Below are positions 49,701 through 60,087 of a stretch of 64,000 nucleotides of DNA, in pieces; position 1 is the first letter of the stretch, and every line of letters starts with the position of its first letter. This stretch comes from a bacterium. GTDB taxonomy: Bacteria > UBA8248. A program made the translations under genes and the position numbers. The notes under the pieces are model-generated. The model made no database searches. It was given only the letters and a program-made list of their open reading frames with translations, and was not told the origin of the DNA. Where the stretch lies: assembly GCA_965204535.1 (NCBI GenBank), contig CBDBEV010000001.1, positions 2,400,001-2,464,000 of the forward strand, written 5' to 3'.

Positions 49701-51674
49701 ATGAATGCGAAGATCTTCTGGCTGTTCGCCTTCGTCGTGCTCTATTGGGCCTACTGCATTTTCTGGGGCATCAAGTGCGCGAGGATGGCGAGAACGGCCG
49801 GCGACTATTTCATTGCGGGTCGCCAGCTATCCATGTGGGTGTTCGTCCTGGCGGCGACGGCGACGTCGTTTTCCGGGTGGACGTTCATGGGACACCCGGG
49901 ACTCATCTATCGAGACGGGTTCCAGTACGCCTACGCTTCGTTCTACACCATCACCATTCCCTTTACCGGGGTGATATTCCTGAAGCGCCAGTGGATGCTG
50001 GGCAAACGCTACGGATACGTCACGCCCGGTGAAATGTTCGCCGACTACTTCCAGGGCGACGCCATCCGCATCCTCACGGTGATCGTGGCCATGTTGTTCT
50101 CGATTCCCTACCTCGGCGTTCAGCTCGGGGCTTCGGGCTTCTTGTTCAACGTGCTGACCGACGGCGTATTCAGCGTAAACGTGGGCATGTGGCTGCTCTC
50201 GGCCGTCGTGCTCATCTACGTGGCAGCCGGGGGTCTGCGCGCCGTGGCCTACGTGGATACGCTCCAGTGCATTCTGCTTGCGCTGGGCATCGTCATCACC
50301 GGCTTTATCGCGCTCAGCATCGCTGGCGGATGGGGTGCGCTGAACGAGGGCCTCGCCAAGCTGGCGGCCTCCCCGGTGGGCAAGTGGGGAACGACGAAAG
50401 GATACGGCGGCGGCGACTACAACGCCTATTTCGCCATCCCTGGCGTCATCCAGTTCACAGCCGGCCTGGGCAAGCAGACGCCCGTGGGTGGTCTGTGGAC
50501 GGGCATCATGTGCCTGACCTACATGTTCGCGCTCATGGGGATTCAGTCTTCCCCGGCGTTCTCCATGTGGGCGTTCTCGAACAACAACCCGCGCCCCTTC
50601 GCGCCCCAGCAGGTCTGGGCGTCTTCGGCGGGCATCGGGTTCATCCTGTTCTTCTTCACCGCGTCCCAGGGAATGGGCGCGCACCTTCTCGGCGCGAACC
50701 CGGCGGTGACCAAGGCGGGTCTGGCGATATCGGACGTGCTGGCCGCGTCCATTGCGAAAAAGCCCGACTCGCTGGTTCCGTATTATTTCAACTACATTGC
50801 GGATGCGGCGCCGTGGCTGGTCGGACTACTGGCCGTCTGCGCCCTGGCCGCCATGCAGTCTACGGGCGCGGCGTACATGTCCACGGCGGGCGGCATGCTC
50901 ACCCGCGATCTCTACAAGAGATATCTGAACCCCGGCGCCTCGCATGAAACCCAAAAGGTGGCGGGACGGATAGGCGTTTTGATCATCGTGGTCTCTGCGC
51001 TCCTTGTGGCGACGTTCTCGAGAGACGCGCTCGTGTTGCTTGGAGGACTCGCCGTCGCCTTCGGCTTCCAGATGTGGCCGGCGCTGGCGGCGGTGTGCTG
51101 GATGCCGAAAATCACGAGGCAAGGCGCCACGTGGGGATTGGCGGCGGGTCTTTTGGCCGTTATCTTCACGGAAAACTTCGGCCTCACGATTCTCAAGGGA
51201 ATCGGCATCGACGTCTGGGGCCGCTGGCCGTGGACGATTCACTCCGCCGGCTGGGGCATCATCTTCAACGTGGCGGTCTGCTGGATCGTCTCCGCGCAAA
51301 CGCAGGACGCGGCGGCGGCGGCGCACCGGCAGAAGTATCACGACTTCCTGGCCGAGCACGCTTCGCTCTCGCCGGAGAAACAGGGCCTCGTCCCCATGGC
51401 GTGGGGCGTTACGCTGGCCTGGATGTTCTTCGGCATCGGCCCGGGTGCCGTTATCGGCAACTGGATTTTCGGCGCCCCGAACGCTGGTTACGCGGCATGG
51501 ACTTTCGGCATACCCTCCATTTGGGCCTGGCAGATTCTATTCTGGGCCCTTGGCGTCGGCATGATGTGGCTGCTCGCCTACAAGATGGAGATGTCGACGG
51601 TGCCCGAGACGGAGATCGAGGCGCTCGTGGAGGACATCGGCGACGTGGCTGCGCAGCAGGCGGGATCGTCCTAG
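49701..51674 (+). CDS. Sodium:solute symporter family transporter
   Basis: DYFIAGR, ATSFSGWTFMGHPG, GGLRAVAYVD, AAMQST; many TM helices. Confidence 0.9.
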   Translation: MNAKIFWLFAFVVLYWAYCIFWGIKCARMARTAGDYFIAGRQLSMWVFVLAATATSFSGWTFMGHPGLIYRDGFQYAYASFYTITIPFTGVIFLKRQWMLGKRYGYVTPGEMFADYFQGDAIRILTVIVAMLFSIPYLGVQLGASGFLFNVLTDGVFSVNVGMWLLSAVVLIYVAAGGLRAVAYVDTLQCILLALGIVITGFIALSIAGGWGALNEGLAKLAASPVGKWGTTKGYGGGDYNAYFAIPGVIQFTAGLGKQTPVGGLWTGIMCLTYMFALMGIQSSPAFSMWAFSNNNPRPFAPQQVWASSAGIGFILFFFTASQGMGAHLLGANPAVTKAGLAISDVLAASIAKKPDSLVPYYFNYIADAAPWLVGLLAVCALAAMQSTGAAYMSTAGGMLTRDLYKRYLNPGASHETQKVAGRIGVLIIVVSALLVATFSRDALVLLGGLAVAFGFQMWPALAAVCWMPKITRQGATWGLAAGLLAVIFTENFGLTILKGIGIDVWGRWPWTIHSAGWGIIFNVAVCWIVSAQTQDAAAAAHRQKYHDFLAEHASLSPEKQGLVPMAWGVTLAWMFFGIGPGAVIGNWIFGAPNAGYAAWTFGIPSIWAWQILFWALGVGMMWLLAYKMEMSTVPETEIEALVEDIGDVAAQQAGSS

Positions 51675-51754
51675 ACGAGACCGCAATGATGTAGGCATCA
51701 CCATGCGGGGGAGGGGTATGTGTCCCTCCCCCGCGTTGTTTTTCCGCCGCCCTG

Positions 51755-52003
51755 ATGGCTGAACGACCGATGGCTGAACTGTTCACCGCAAAATACATGC
51801 TGCTATGGGTTATTGCGCTGGCCGCCGCGCTGTTTCTGCCCGTGCGCCAACTCATCTGGGTGCTCTACGTCAGGCGGGCGGAGAGAGACGGTTCCGAAAC
51901 CTCGGACGAGGAACGCCTCGCACTCAAAAATCGCGCCGGAATGACGGCGGTGCTGCTCTGCTTCGTTTTCTCCTATTTCTATATGAACCATCTTTTCAGG
52001 TAG
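51755..52003 (+). CDS. Small two-TM membrane protein
   Basis: Two hydrophobic helices; follows the SSS gene on the same strand. Confidence 0.6.
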   Translation: MAERPMAELFTAKYMLLWVIALAAALFLPVRQLIWVLYVRRAERDGSETSDEERLALKNRAGMTAVLLCFVFSYFYMNHLFR

Positions 52004-52008
52004 TCCTG

Positions 52009-52620
52009 ATGAATCCGCGCGTGCTCAAGCGCTTCATCAAAAACATGGCGATCCTCATTTTCGTCATGTTCTCCGCGTGGGCGTTGTGGGAGATGTACGC
52101 CAAGGAAGCGCCGGGGGATTACGCCACCCGCGAGGGCGACATCCGGCTCACCGAGGGGAACTACGAGGAGGCGCTCGCGAGTTTCAACCGGGCGCTGCGC
52201 GAAAGGCCGAACCACCGCGGCGCGCTGATGGGCCGCGCGCTGGTGTACATCAAGACGAAGCAATACGGGGAGGCTTCGGCCGAACTCACCTATCTCATCG
52301 ACTATCTCAGAAAAAATCTCGAACCCGACGACCCGACAGGCGCAGGCGTCATGGCGGCGGCATACGCCAACCGGGGCATCGTCCACGACACGAAGGGCCG
52401 CTACAAGGAAGCGCTTGCCGATTACATCGAAGCGCTCAGGACCGACGAGGGAGCGCTGGACGGGCCCGGAATCATCGACAAGGTGATCTACGGCACGCCG
52501 AACCCGTCCACGGTGCGCAAGCGCGCGATATACCTGAAAGAACAACTCGCCCTTCCGCCGGAAAAACGCCTGTTGCGCGTGCAAGAGATCGACGCGGCGC
52601 AGCGGATGCACAAACCCTGA
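52009..52620 (+). CDS. Membrane-anchored TPR protein
   Basis: N-terminal TM helix; G.YEEALASF, AYANRG..GRYKEALADY TPR motifs; start reassigned to MNPRV. Confidence 0.75.
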   Translation: MNPRVLKRFIKNMAILIFVMFSAWALWEMYAKEAPGDYATREGDIRLTEGNYEEALASFNRALRERPNHRGALMGRALVYIKTKQYGEASAELTYLIDYLRKNLEPDDPTGAGVMAAAYANRGIVHDTKGRYKEALADYIEALRTDEGALDGPGIIDKVIYGTPNPSTVRKRAIYLKEQLALPPEKRLLRVQEIDAAQRMHKP

Positions 52621-52663
52621 AGTCTATACGGAAACGATTTGGCGATTCAGCGGGCGTGACGCC

Positions 52664-52831
52664 CTAGAAACGCACGATGCCGAGAACGTCCTGGAACAGG
52701 ACCAGAAAGAAGAATACCGCGGCGATGCAGCCGAAGAGCAGGTGGACGAAATCGGCTCCCCCGTCGGGGTTTTTCGTGCGGATGGCCTTGATGGCGATGA
52801 AGCCCGTGACGAACAAGAAGATGAAGTTCAC
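52664..52831 (-). CDS. Small membrane protein
   Basis: Two hydrophobic segments; GTG start inferred. Confidence 0.45.
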   Translation of the reverse strand: MNFIFLFVTGFIAIKAIRTKNPDGGADFVHLLFGCIAAVFFFLVLFQDVLGIVRF

Positions 52832-52895
52832 GGCTTGCTGGTTCTCGCCTGCGAAATCGAACATGACCAACCTCGGCTTGGAAGTTGAATCCACG

Positions 52896-53411
52896 CTATC
52901 TGTTGTAGCGGCCCGGTGCCAGAGACGTATCCTCTATATTGCGCTCCTTCTCCGTCGCCTTTATTTCTTTTTTCTCGAAGTAGGGCGGCAGGAAAGAGGT
53001 GCTCTCCCCGGCGACGAGGTGACTCAGCCAGACGATGCCGGTCATGATCGACACCATGAGGGTGGCGGTCACGATGAAGCGCTTGATATCAGCGGGGAGT
53101 TTTTTGCCGTAATCCTTGTCGTACCTGTGATAGGCGGGATCATTCTCATCCAGCTCACCCTGTTTATCGAGGGCGAGTATCTGGTGTGCATGGCGGCGCG
53201 CCCAGAAGGGCACCTGATCGTAAAGCATATACGCCATGAAGAGTTGATTGATGAGTTCTTCTGACATCTCCTCGCCGTACCATTCGCTGTAGGCGAGTTG
53301 CAGGAACTGGAACTCTCCCACCTGCAGCAGATTCGCCGCCTTGGCGACTTCGGCGCGCTGGGCGCTTTCCTCCCGATCGGGACGGATGAGCGTCTGAAAG
53401 AAAGTCACCAT
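52896..53411 (-). CDS. Hypothetical protein with C-terminal TM helix
   Basis: Coding-like ORF starting MVTFFQTL; family not recognised. Confidence 0.6.
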   Translation of the reverse strand: MVTFFQTLIRPDREESAQRAEVAKAANLLQVGEFQFLQLAYSEWYGEEMSEELINQLFMAYMLYDQVPFWARRHAHQILALDKQGELDENDPAYHRYDKDYGKKLPADIKRFIVTATLMVSIMTGIVWLSHLVAGESTSFLPPYFEKKEIKATEKERNIEDTSLAPGRYNR

Positions 53412-53573
53412 GTCGATTCCCCGACAAATTGAGTTCTCAGCGGCATTTGCGTTGAAGACCAAAGATGCACCGCCAGCCTAAGCCCTTTGCCAGCCTGCGT
53501 CAATTTTGCGTTTGGAGGGAGATTTTCGCACAAAAGAACGTGCCCGGCGATAGCCATCGTGTTGGATGATGTG

Positions 53574-55190
53574 CTACTTGACGGTCTCTTTTTTTGCTTC
53601 CTCGACTTCCTGTGGAAAGAGCGCGGCGTGGGTCTCCTCGAAAAGGTGTTTCCCCACGGCGAGTTGCATGGTGGCGGGCATGACCTTTTTCGCCAACCTG
53701 ATCATTTGCGTGGATTTATCGCGAATGTCCCACTGGGCGTGGGGGTCTTCCCTGAGCCTCGATACGTGGTAGAGCTCGCGCGCGTTCGATGAGAACAGCA
53801 CGCGCCGTTTGTGCGCGTTCGTGAGCACGTAGGGGGCGGCCAGCGGGGTTTGCTCGGCGATTTTCTCGTACGCGGCGTTGGTTTCATCCACGGCGGCCTG
53901 AAACTCGGGCGTCGCGCCCGCCTCGGGGATAGCCGAGGGCACCGTCACGCCCAGAGAGATGTCATAGGGCTGGGTGTTCAGGGTAGACATGCGGTGGCGT
54001 TTTAACTGCCCGAAACAAGCGGCGGAGAGCGTCACCTCGAATACGCAGCGCACGTTCTCGAATTCGCGGAGCACGGCGTCGTGTCCGCGCATGAGGCGGA
54101 ACGTGGAGGCGATGAAGCGCGCGCGCTCATCCTCGCTCATCTCTTTGGCTGCCGCCTTACAATGCGACATTGTTTTCCCTGAGGATGAATGGAGGAGCGC
54201 CGCGGCGATGAGCGCGTCCGCGTCCGGGGTGACGTCGATCAAGGAGACGTCTTTTTCCTCGGCGATGGGCGGAGCCGGCTCGATTCCTTCGTCCAAACGC
54301 CTGATGATGTCCGAAGTCTCCTCCCTGAGCGCCGCCCGGGTGTGGGTGTTGTATTCGGTGGGGTCGGTGTATTTCACCAGAGAGGGCGCGACGCCCTCGA
54401 CGCATTCATACAGACGGCGCGCGTATTCCCTGATTTCCGCGAGGGGATGTGAAGCGCAGCGGCAGATGACGTGTTCGAGGCTCCTCGCGCTGAGCGTCAT
54501 GCCGATTTGCGATTCCGTGGCGAAGGAGACGATGTAGCGCGCGTCCTCCTTGGCCCAGCCCTCCAGCGTCTTGTGGTTTCTCTTCTTCGCGGCGAGTTCG
54601 GGGTTTTTCTCGAACACCCAGGGCCTGAGCTTCTCGTACAGCGCGTGATAGCAGGCGTTCTGGGCCTTTATCGTCTGGATGAAAAGGCTCCTCATGCCCG
54701 CTTTTTCGATTTCCTCAGGGATCACGAAATCATCTTCTAACAGGATGTAGCGCTGGCTCTTCTCGGTGTAGGCCAGAAGCCTGAACTTCTGAATCTCCTC
54801 CACCGCGTAACGGCTCACGCCGATGACGTCGATGTTGAAGCTCGCGTGCTCAGCCACGGAGCTGTGCCCGTAGCCGAAGATGATGGTCTGGTTGCTCTTT
54901 CGCGCCTTTTCCACCTCTTCGCGCGCGATGGCGCGGAGTTCGTCGATGGGCCGCGGATCGCGGCTGATGCGCGCGTAGGACGCGCTGATGGGCTCGGGCG
55001 TCAGGTTGTCGCGTTCGAGAAAATCGGCGGCCCTGCGTTGGAGTTCCGCCGCCTGCGCGCGCAGTTCGGCCTCGCTCATGGCGTCGAGGCGGCTCTCCTC
55101 CCAGCCGTGGGCGGCGGGCTCGATGATCTCTTTTTTCATCTGGCGGAGTACGTCGACGTCGACGTTGTGACCGGCGAGAACGATGCGCAT
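53574..55190 (-). CDS. thyX: FAD-dependent thymidylate synthase, tandem two-domain form
   Basis: GHSSVAEH, EKSQRY, EDARY, QLKRHR, NARELYH..LR...HAQWDIR. Confidence 0.85.
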   Translation of the reverse strand: MRIVLAGHNVDVDVLRQMKKEIIEPAAHGWEESRLDAMSEAELRAQAAELQRRAADFLERDNLTPEPISASYARISRDPRPIDELRAIAREEVEKARKSNQTIIFGYGHSSVAEHASFNIDVIGVSRYAVEEIQKFRLLAYTEKSQRYILLEDDFVIPEEIEKAGMRSLFIQTIKAQNACYHALYEKLRPWVFEKNPELAAKKRNHKTLEGWAKEDARYIVSFATESQIGMTLSARSLEHVICRCASHPLAEIREYARRLYECVEGVAPSLVKYTDPTEYNTHTRAALREETSDIIRRLDEGIEPAPPIAEEKDVSLIDVTPDADALIAAALLHSSSGKTMSHCKAAAKEMSEDERARFIASTFRLMRGHDAVLREFENVRCVFEVTLSAACFGQLKRHRMSTLNTQPYDISLGVTVPSAIPEAGATPEFQAAVDETNAAYEKIAEQTPLAAPYVLTNAHKRRVLFSSNARELYHVSRLREDPHAQWDIRDKSTQMIRLAKKVMPATMQLAVGKHLFEETHAALFPQEVEEAKKETVK

Positions 55191-55416
55191 GTGAAAGGCC
55201 GTTTCCCGAGCGGCGGGCGTTGCTTCTGGTTCATTGAATTTTTGGAAGCGCCATTATGAACCTTGAGCCCCGAAAGAACAAGCGGAAAGTTTCTGCAGAG
55301 CGCCCACGCTGTGTTTGCTCGTGGAGGCTTCACTCCTTAGTTGCGGTTTTTCAAGGGTTTTGGGATGATAATTCAATTTATTGCCGCTGACGGCCGGCGC
55401 GCATGGCGCGCCCCTC

Positions 55417-56778
55417 ATGAGAAAGAGGAGATTCGTGAGCTCTCTCATCGCCCGAACCATACCCGTTCTCATCATTCTTGCATCTTTCGGCTTGAACATC
55501 GTAGCCTCCGAAGCCGGGCGTCCACGCAAGCGGCCCCCGCCGATGGTGTCCGTAGCGAAGGTGATCGAACGCGAGGTGAGAAACCGCCTCACCGCCGTGG
55601 GCAGCGTGGCGCCTTACCGCCGCTCGGTCGTGAGCAGCGAGCTTGAGGGCCGCGTTCAGTCGGCCCCGCTCAAGGTGGGTGATCTCGTCCGCGCGAACAA
55701 GACGGTGCTCGCTACGGTGGGTCGCTCGGGGCTCCAGATTGACCTGCGCATCCTGCGCGCGGAACTCGAGAAGGCGCGCCAGGACCTCCTGCGCCTGGAA
55801 CGCGGAAAACGCCCCGAGGAAATCGCGGCGCTTCAGGCCAAGGTTCGCGAGCGCGAAGCGCAGATGAGAAACAACGAGCTTGAGTTGAACCGCGCGCGGG
55901 ATCTGTATGAGAAAAAAATTCTGGACAAGGCCAGCTATGATCGCGCCGAAGCCGCCTACGAGGCCAGTTGGCAGTTGTTCGAAGAGGCTTCCCGCAATCT
56001 GGAGATCGCCAGACTCGGCCCCCGGCGGGAGGAGAAGGCCCGCGCCAAGGCGGAAGTGGACAGGGTGCGGGCGCGCGTCGCCCGGGTGCGCGACGATCTG
56101 GCCAAGACGAAAATTCGCTCCCCGCTCACGGGTTTCATCACTCAGGAGTGGGTGGAGGTCGGCCAATGGCTCACCAAGGGGGGCCGCGTGGCCGAGGTCA
56201 TCGAACTCGACAAGGTGCTGGTGCAGGCCCCGATTGCGGAGCGGCGCATATCCTTGGTTCGGGTGGGCGATGAGGCGCGCGTCGTCATCGACGCTCTGGA
56301 GGGCCGGACGTTCAGGGGCCGGGTGCGCGGCGTCATCCCCAAGGCGGACCCCAAGAGCCGGACCTTCCCGGTGGAAGTAGAGATAACGAACACCGAATCC
56401 TACGATCTCAAGGCCGGCATGTTCGCCCGCCTGAGCCTCGAATACGGAAAGGCGGTCAGAATGGTTCTGGTGCCCAAGGACGCCATGATCTTGAGGGCGC
56501 GTGGGGCTTCTGTCTTCGTCTTCGAGAAAGGGCGCGTTCGCGAGGTTTCCTTCGCGCAGGGCAGAAGCGTGGATTCATTCATGGAGGTCACGGGCGGCGC
56601 GCTCAAGGCCGGCATGCAGGTGGTTGTGAAAGGTAATGAAAACTTGAGAGCCGGCATGCCCGTTCGTCTTCAGGGCCGGGGCGGCAGGCCCGGCGGAGGG
56701 CGCGGCGGCCCCCCGAGAGGCAGCCCTCGAAGAGGCAGAAAGCCCGCCGCTGATTCCCGGCGCGGAGCCGGTGGATGA
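55417..56778 (+). CDS. RND efflux membrane-fusion protein
   Basis: Signal/TM segment, long coiled coil, IRSPLTG, RTFPV, LKAGMFA, VPKDA. Confidence 0.88.
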   Translation: MRKRRFVSSLIARTIPVLIILASFGLNIVASEAGRPRKRPPPMVSVAKVIEREVRNRLTAVGSVAPYRRSVVSSELEGRVQSAPLKVGDLVRANKTVLATVGRSGLQIDLRILRAELEKARQDLLRLERGKRPEEIAALQAKVREREAQMRNNELELNRARDLYEKKILDKASYDRAEAAYEASWQLFEEASRNLEIARLGPRREEKARAKAEVDRVRARVARVRDDLAKTKIRSPLTGFITQEWVEVGQWLTKGGRVAEVIELDKVLVQAPIAERRISLVRVGDEARVVIDALEGRTFRGRVRGVIPKADPKSRTFPVEVEITNTESYDLKAGMFARLSLEYGKAVRMVLVPKDAMILRARGASVFVFEKGRVREVSFAQGRSVDSFMEVTGGALKAGMQVVVKGNENLRAGMPVRLQGRGGRPGGGRGGPPRGSPRRGRKPAADSRRGAGG

Positions 56779-56895
56779 GGAACGCTTGGCCAAGGCTTGT
56801 TGAATAAGAGCAGAACCGTGAATGTGGCGGAACGGATATGAACACAGCTACACGCATCAGAAATTCGTAGTAAAGCCGCCGATGAAGGAGAGGGG

Positions 56896-59800
56896 ATGAA
56901 TCTGCCCCGTGCGAGCGTCAAATATCCCGTCACGACCACCGTCGGCGTCATTCTGGCGGTGCTCTTCGGCGCCATCAGCCTCTACCGGATTCCGGTGCAG
57001 ATGACGCCCACGGTCGACAGGCCCGTCATAACGGTGGAAACCGAATACAGCGGCGCCGCGCCGCTGGAGGTAGAAGAGGAGGTGACGAAGCCCAAAGAGG
57101 AGAAACTCACCTCGGTGGAGGGCCTCGACCGGATGACCTCGCGCAGCGAGGAGGGCAAATCCCGCGTCTTTCTCGAATTCGACTGGGACGTGGATAAGGA
57201 CGTGGCCCGCCTCGACGTCTCGGAGAAACTCGGTCTCGTGCGCGACCTACCGGATGATTCAGACCGCTCCACCGTCAACGCGCTCAACTCGGATTCCGAG
57301 AACCCCATCGCCTGGATAATCATCGAAACCAAACTTCCCATCAACGATGTTCGCGTAGAGGGAGACGCCGTCATCCGGCCGAAGCTCGAGCGCGTGGAAG
57401 GCGTGGGCCAGGTCTGGATGTTCGGCGGCCGAGACAGGGAGGTGCGCGTCACGCTCGATTACACGGCCATGAGCGCGCGCGGCATCACGGTCTCCGCCTT
57501 GAGAGAGGCACTGCGGCGCGAGAACAAGAACACCAAAGCGGGCAGGATCGACGAGGGCAAGCGCCGCTACGCGGTGCGAACGGTGGGCAACTTCACGCGC
57601 CTCGACCAGTTGCGCAACACCATCATCGCGCAAAACGGAAGCGGGGCCGTCTACCTGCGCGACGTGGCGAAGGTTTCCTTCGACTACGGCGACCCCACCC
57701 GCTACATTCGTATCCGGCGCGTGCCCACCATGGCTTTCGGGGTTTTGCGAAAGACGGGCGCGAACACCATCGAGGTGATGGCGGGGGTCAAGAAGGCGAT
57801 CGCCGAAGTCAACGAAATCTACGCGGGGCGCGGCATCAAACTCATGCAGGTCTATGACGAGACTGACTACATCCACCAGTCACGCTCCCTGGTGATCAAC
57901 AACATCTTCATAGGCGGCGCGCTTGCGATAGGCGTGCTGCTCCTGTTCCTGGGGAGTCTTTCGAGCGTGATGGTTATCGGCGTCGCCATCCCGGTCACCG
58001 TCGTCTCCACGTTCATCCTGATCTTCGTGCTGGATCGTTCCATCAACATCATTTCGCTTGCGGGCATGGCGTTCGCCGTCGGCATGGTGGTGGACAATTC
58101 CGTCGTCGTGCTGGAGAACATCTTCCGCCACCGCGAGATGGGAAAGAGCAAGTGGGACGCCGCCGTGGACGGCGCGCAGGAGGTCTGGGGGGCGGTGCTG
58201 GCCTCCACGCTGACCACGCTGGCTGTCTTCGTTCCCGTGGTGTTCGTCCAGGACGAATCGGGCCAGCTCTTCCGCGACATCGCCATCGCAATCAGCGTGG
58301 CCGTGGCACTCTCCCTCATCGTATCCATCTCTGTGGTGCCCATGCTGAGTTCGCGCATCTTGAGCGGCGCTGGGAAGATCTCACCGCTGGCCCACTTTTT
58401 CCGCATCCTCGGAGTATACGCGCTGGGGAGGTTTTGCCGGAGAATCTACGTGGGCGTCCTCTCCTGGCTGTTGCGCGGGGTGGTCCGCCGCCTGTTCGTG
58501 GCCACGGGCATCACGGCGGGCGCCGTCGCCCTGGCGGTGATGTTCTTCCCGCCCATCGACTATCTGCCCAAGGGCAACCGCAACCTCATATTCGCGTTCA
58601 TGCGCACGCCGCCGGGCCTGAACCTCGACGAGATGGACAGGATCGTGCGGATTCTGGAGACGCGGCTCGACCGAGTGGAGGAGATCGACCGGTTTTTCGC
58701 CGTGGCGCGCGCGCAGAACCCCATCATCGGCATGATCGCAAAGAAAGAACATTCCGATCTCGCCTCCATGCGGCGGCTCGTGCGCAAGTTGTTCGGAATG
58801 ATGCAGGGCATACCGGGGGTGCGCGCGTTTGTCACCCAGGCGTCGTTGTTCAGGCGGCGCGGCTCGGGCTTCATCGGCGGGATCAACTTACAGGTCGACA
58901 TCACGGGAGACAGCCTGAGCGAGATTCAGCGCATCGCCGCCGACGTGGGCGCCAGGGCGCGCGGGCTCGGGGGCGTGCGCTTCGTGAACTCGAGCTTCGA
59001 TTTGGGTAACCCCGAGCTCCAGGTGCACGTGGATCGCCAGAAAACGGCGGAATTCGGGCTGTCGGTCTCCGAGATCGGGAACGTCGTGGAAACGCTCGTG
59101 AACGGAACCAAGGCCGGTCTTTTCCGGGACCGCGGGGAGGAACTCGACATCGTCCTGCGCGGGCCGCTTTCGGATTTCACGAGAACGCAGCGGATCGAGG
59201 AGATCAAGCTGCATACGCCCGAGGGGCAGGTCGTTTCGCTCGGCGACATCGCCAGAGTAAGGGCGGCGCTCGGGCCAACGAAAGTCGAGCATATCGACCG
59301 CGACCGCTCCGTGTCGCTTACGGTCAACATCGGCGAGGAACTCCCGCTCCAGGATGCCATCGACAAGATGAAGCGGGAGGTCATCAACCCGATGCGCCAG
59401 ACGCTTCCGCTCGGCTATTCGCTGGACGTGAGCGGACGGGCGAAGGACCTGGAGCGGACCTGGGGGTCGCTTCAGTGGTCGCTGGTGCTCGCTGTCCTGA
59501 TCACCTATCTGCTGATGGCGGCCCTGTTCGAGGCGTGGAGCTACCCACTCATCATCATGTTCAGCGTGCCGTTCGCCGCAACGGGCGGCGTGCTGATGGT
59601 GAGCTTCATGAACTCGATAGAACCCTCGGTGAAGATGGACACGCTGACCATGTTGGGCTTCATCATTCTGACGGGCATCGTGGTGAACAACGCGATTCTG
59701 CTCGTCCACCAGGCGCTGAACCATTTCCGGGCCGGTCTGCCCATGCGCGAGGCGATTCTCGAGAGCGCGCGCGACAGGATGCGCCCCATCTTCATGACGA

Positions 59801-60087
59801 CCACGACGACCGTTCTCGGCATGCTACCGCTGGTGCTCGCCTCCGGCGCGGGCAGCGAACTCTACCGGGGGTTGGGATCGGCCGTCTTGGGCGGGCTGGC
59901 CATGTCCACGATCTTCACCCTGCTGCTGATACCGGTCGTTTTCTCGTTGTGGGTGGATTTCCTGGCGCTCATCCGGCCGGCCAGTTTCGCCGCTGCGCCG
60001 GCAGCTGCGCCGAGCGGGGCGAGCGGCGCGCCTTCTGAGCGCGTGAGACCGCGAAAATCCGTCAACCTCATCGAAGACGAGGACTAA
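56896..60087 (+). CDS. RND efflux permease (AcrB/MdtC family)
   Basis: GMVVDNSVVVLENI, STLTT, GIVVNNAILL, RMRPIFMTT. Confidence 0.93.
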   Translation: MNLPRASVKYPVTTTVGVILAVLFGAISLYRIPVQMTPTVDRPVITVETEYSGAAPLEVEEEVTKPKEEKLTSVEGLDRMTSRSEEGKSRVFLEFDWDVDKDVARLDVSEKLGLVRDLPDDSDRSTVNALNSDSENPIAWIIIETKLPINDVRVEGDAVIRPKLERVEGVGQVWMFGGRDREVRVTLDYTAMSARGITVSALREALRRENKNTKAGRIDEGKRRYAVRTVGNFTRLDQLRNTIIAQNGSGAVYLRDVAKVSFDYGDPTRYIRIRRVPTMAFGVLRKTGANTIEVMAGVKKAIAEVNEIYAGRGIKLMQVYDETDYIHQSRSLVINNIFIGGALAIGVLLLFLGSLSSVMVIGVAIPVTVVSTFILIFVLDRSINIISLAGMAFAVGMVVDNSVVVLENIFRHREMGKSKWDAAVDGAQEVWGAVLASTLTTLAVFVPVVFVQDESGQLFRDIAIAISVAVALSLIVSISVVPMLSSRILSGAGKISPLAHFFRILGVYALGRFCRRIYVGVLSWLLRGVVRRLFVATGITAGAVALAVMFFPPIDYLPKGNRNLIFAFMRTPPGLNLDEMDRIVRILETRLDRVEEIDRFFAVARAQNPIIGMIAKKEHSDLASMRRLVRKLFGMMQGIPGVRAFVTQASLFRRRGSGFIGGINLQVDITGDSLSEIQRIAADVGARARGLGGVRFVNSSFDLGNPELQVHVDRQKTAEFGLSVSEIGNVVETLVNGTKAGLFRDRGEELDIVLRGPLSDFTRTQRIEEIKLHTPEGQVVSLGDIARVRAALGPTKVEHIDRDRSVSLTVNIGEELPLQDAIDKMKREVINPMRQTLPLGYSLDVSGRAKDLERTWGSLQWSLVLAVLITYLLMAALFEAWSYPLIIMFSVPFAATGGVLMVSFMNSIEPSVKMDTLTMLGFIILTGIVVNNAILLVHQALNHFRAGLPMREAILESARDRMRPIFMTTTTTVLGMLPLVLASGAGSELYRGLGSAVLGGLAMSTIFTLLLIPVVFSLWVDFLALIRPASFAAAPAAAPSGASGAPSERVRPRKSVNLIEDED

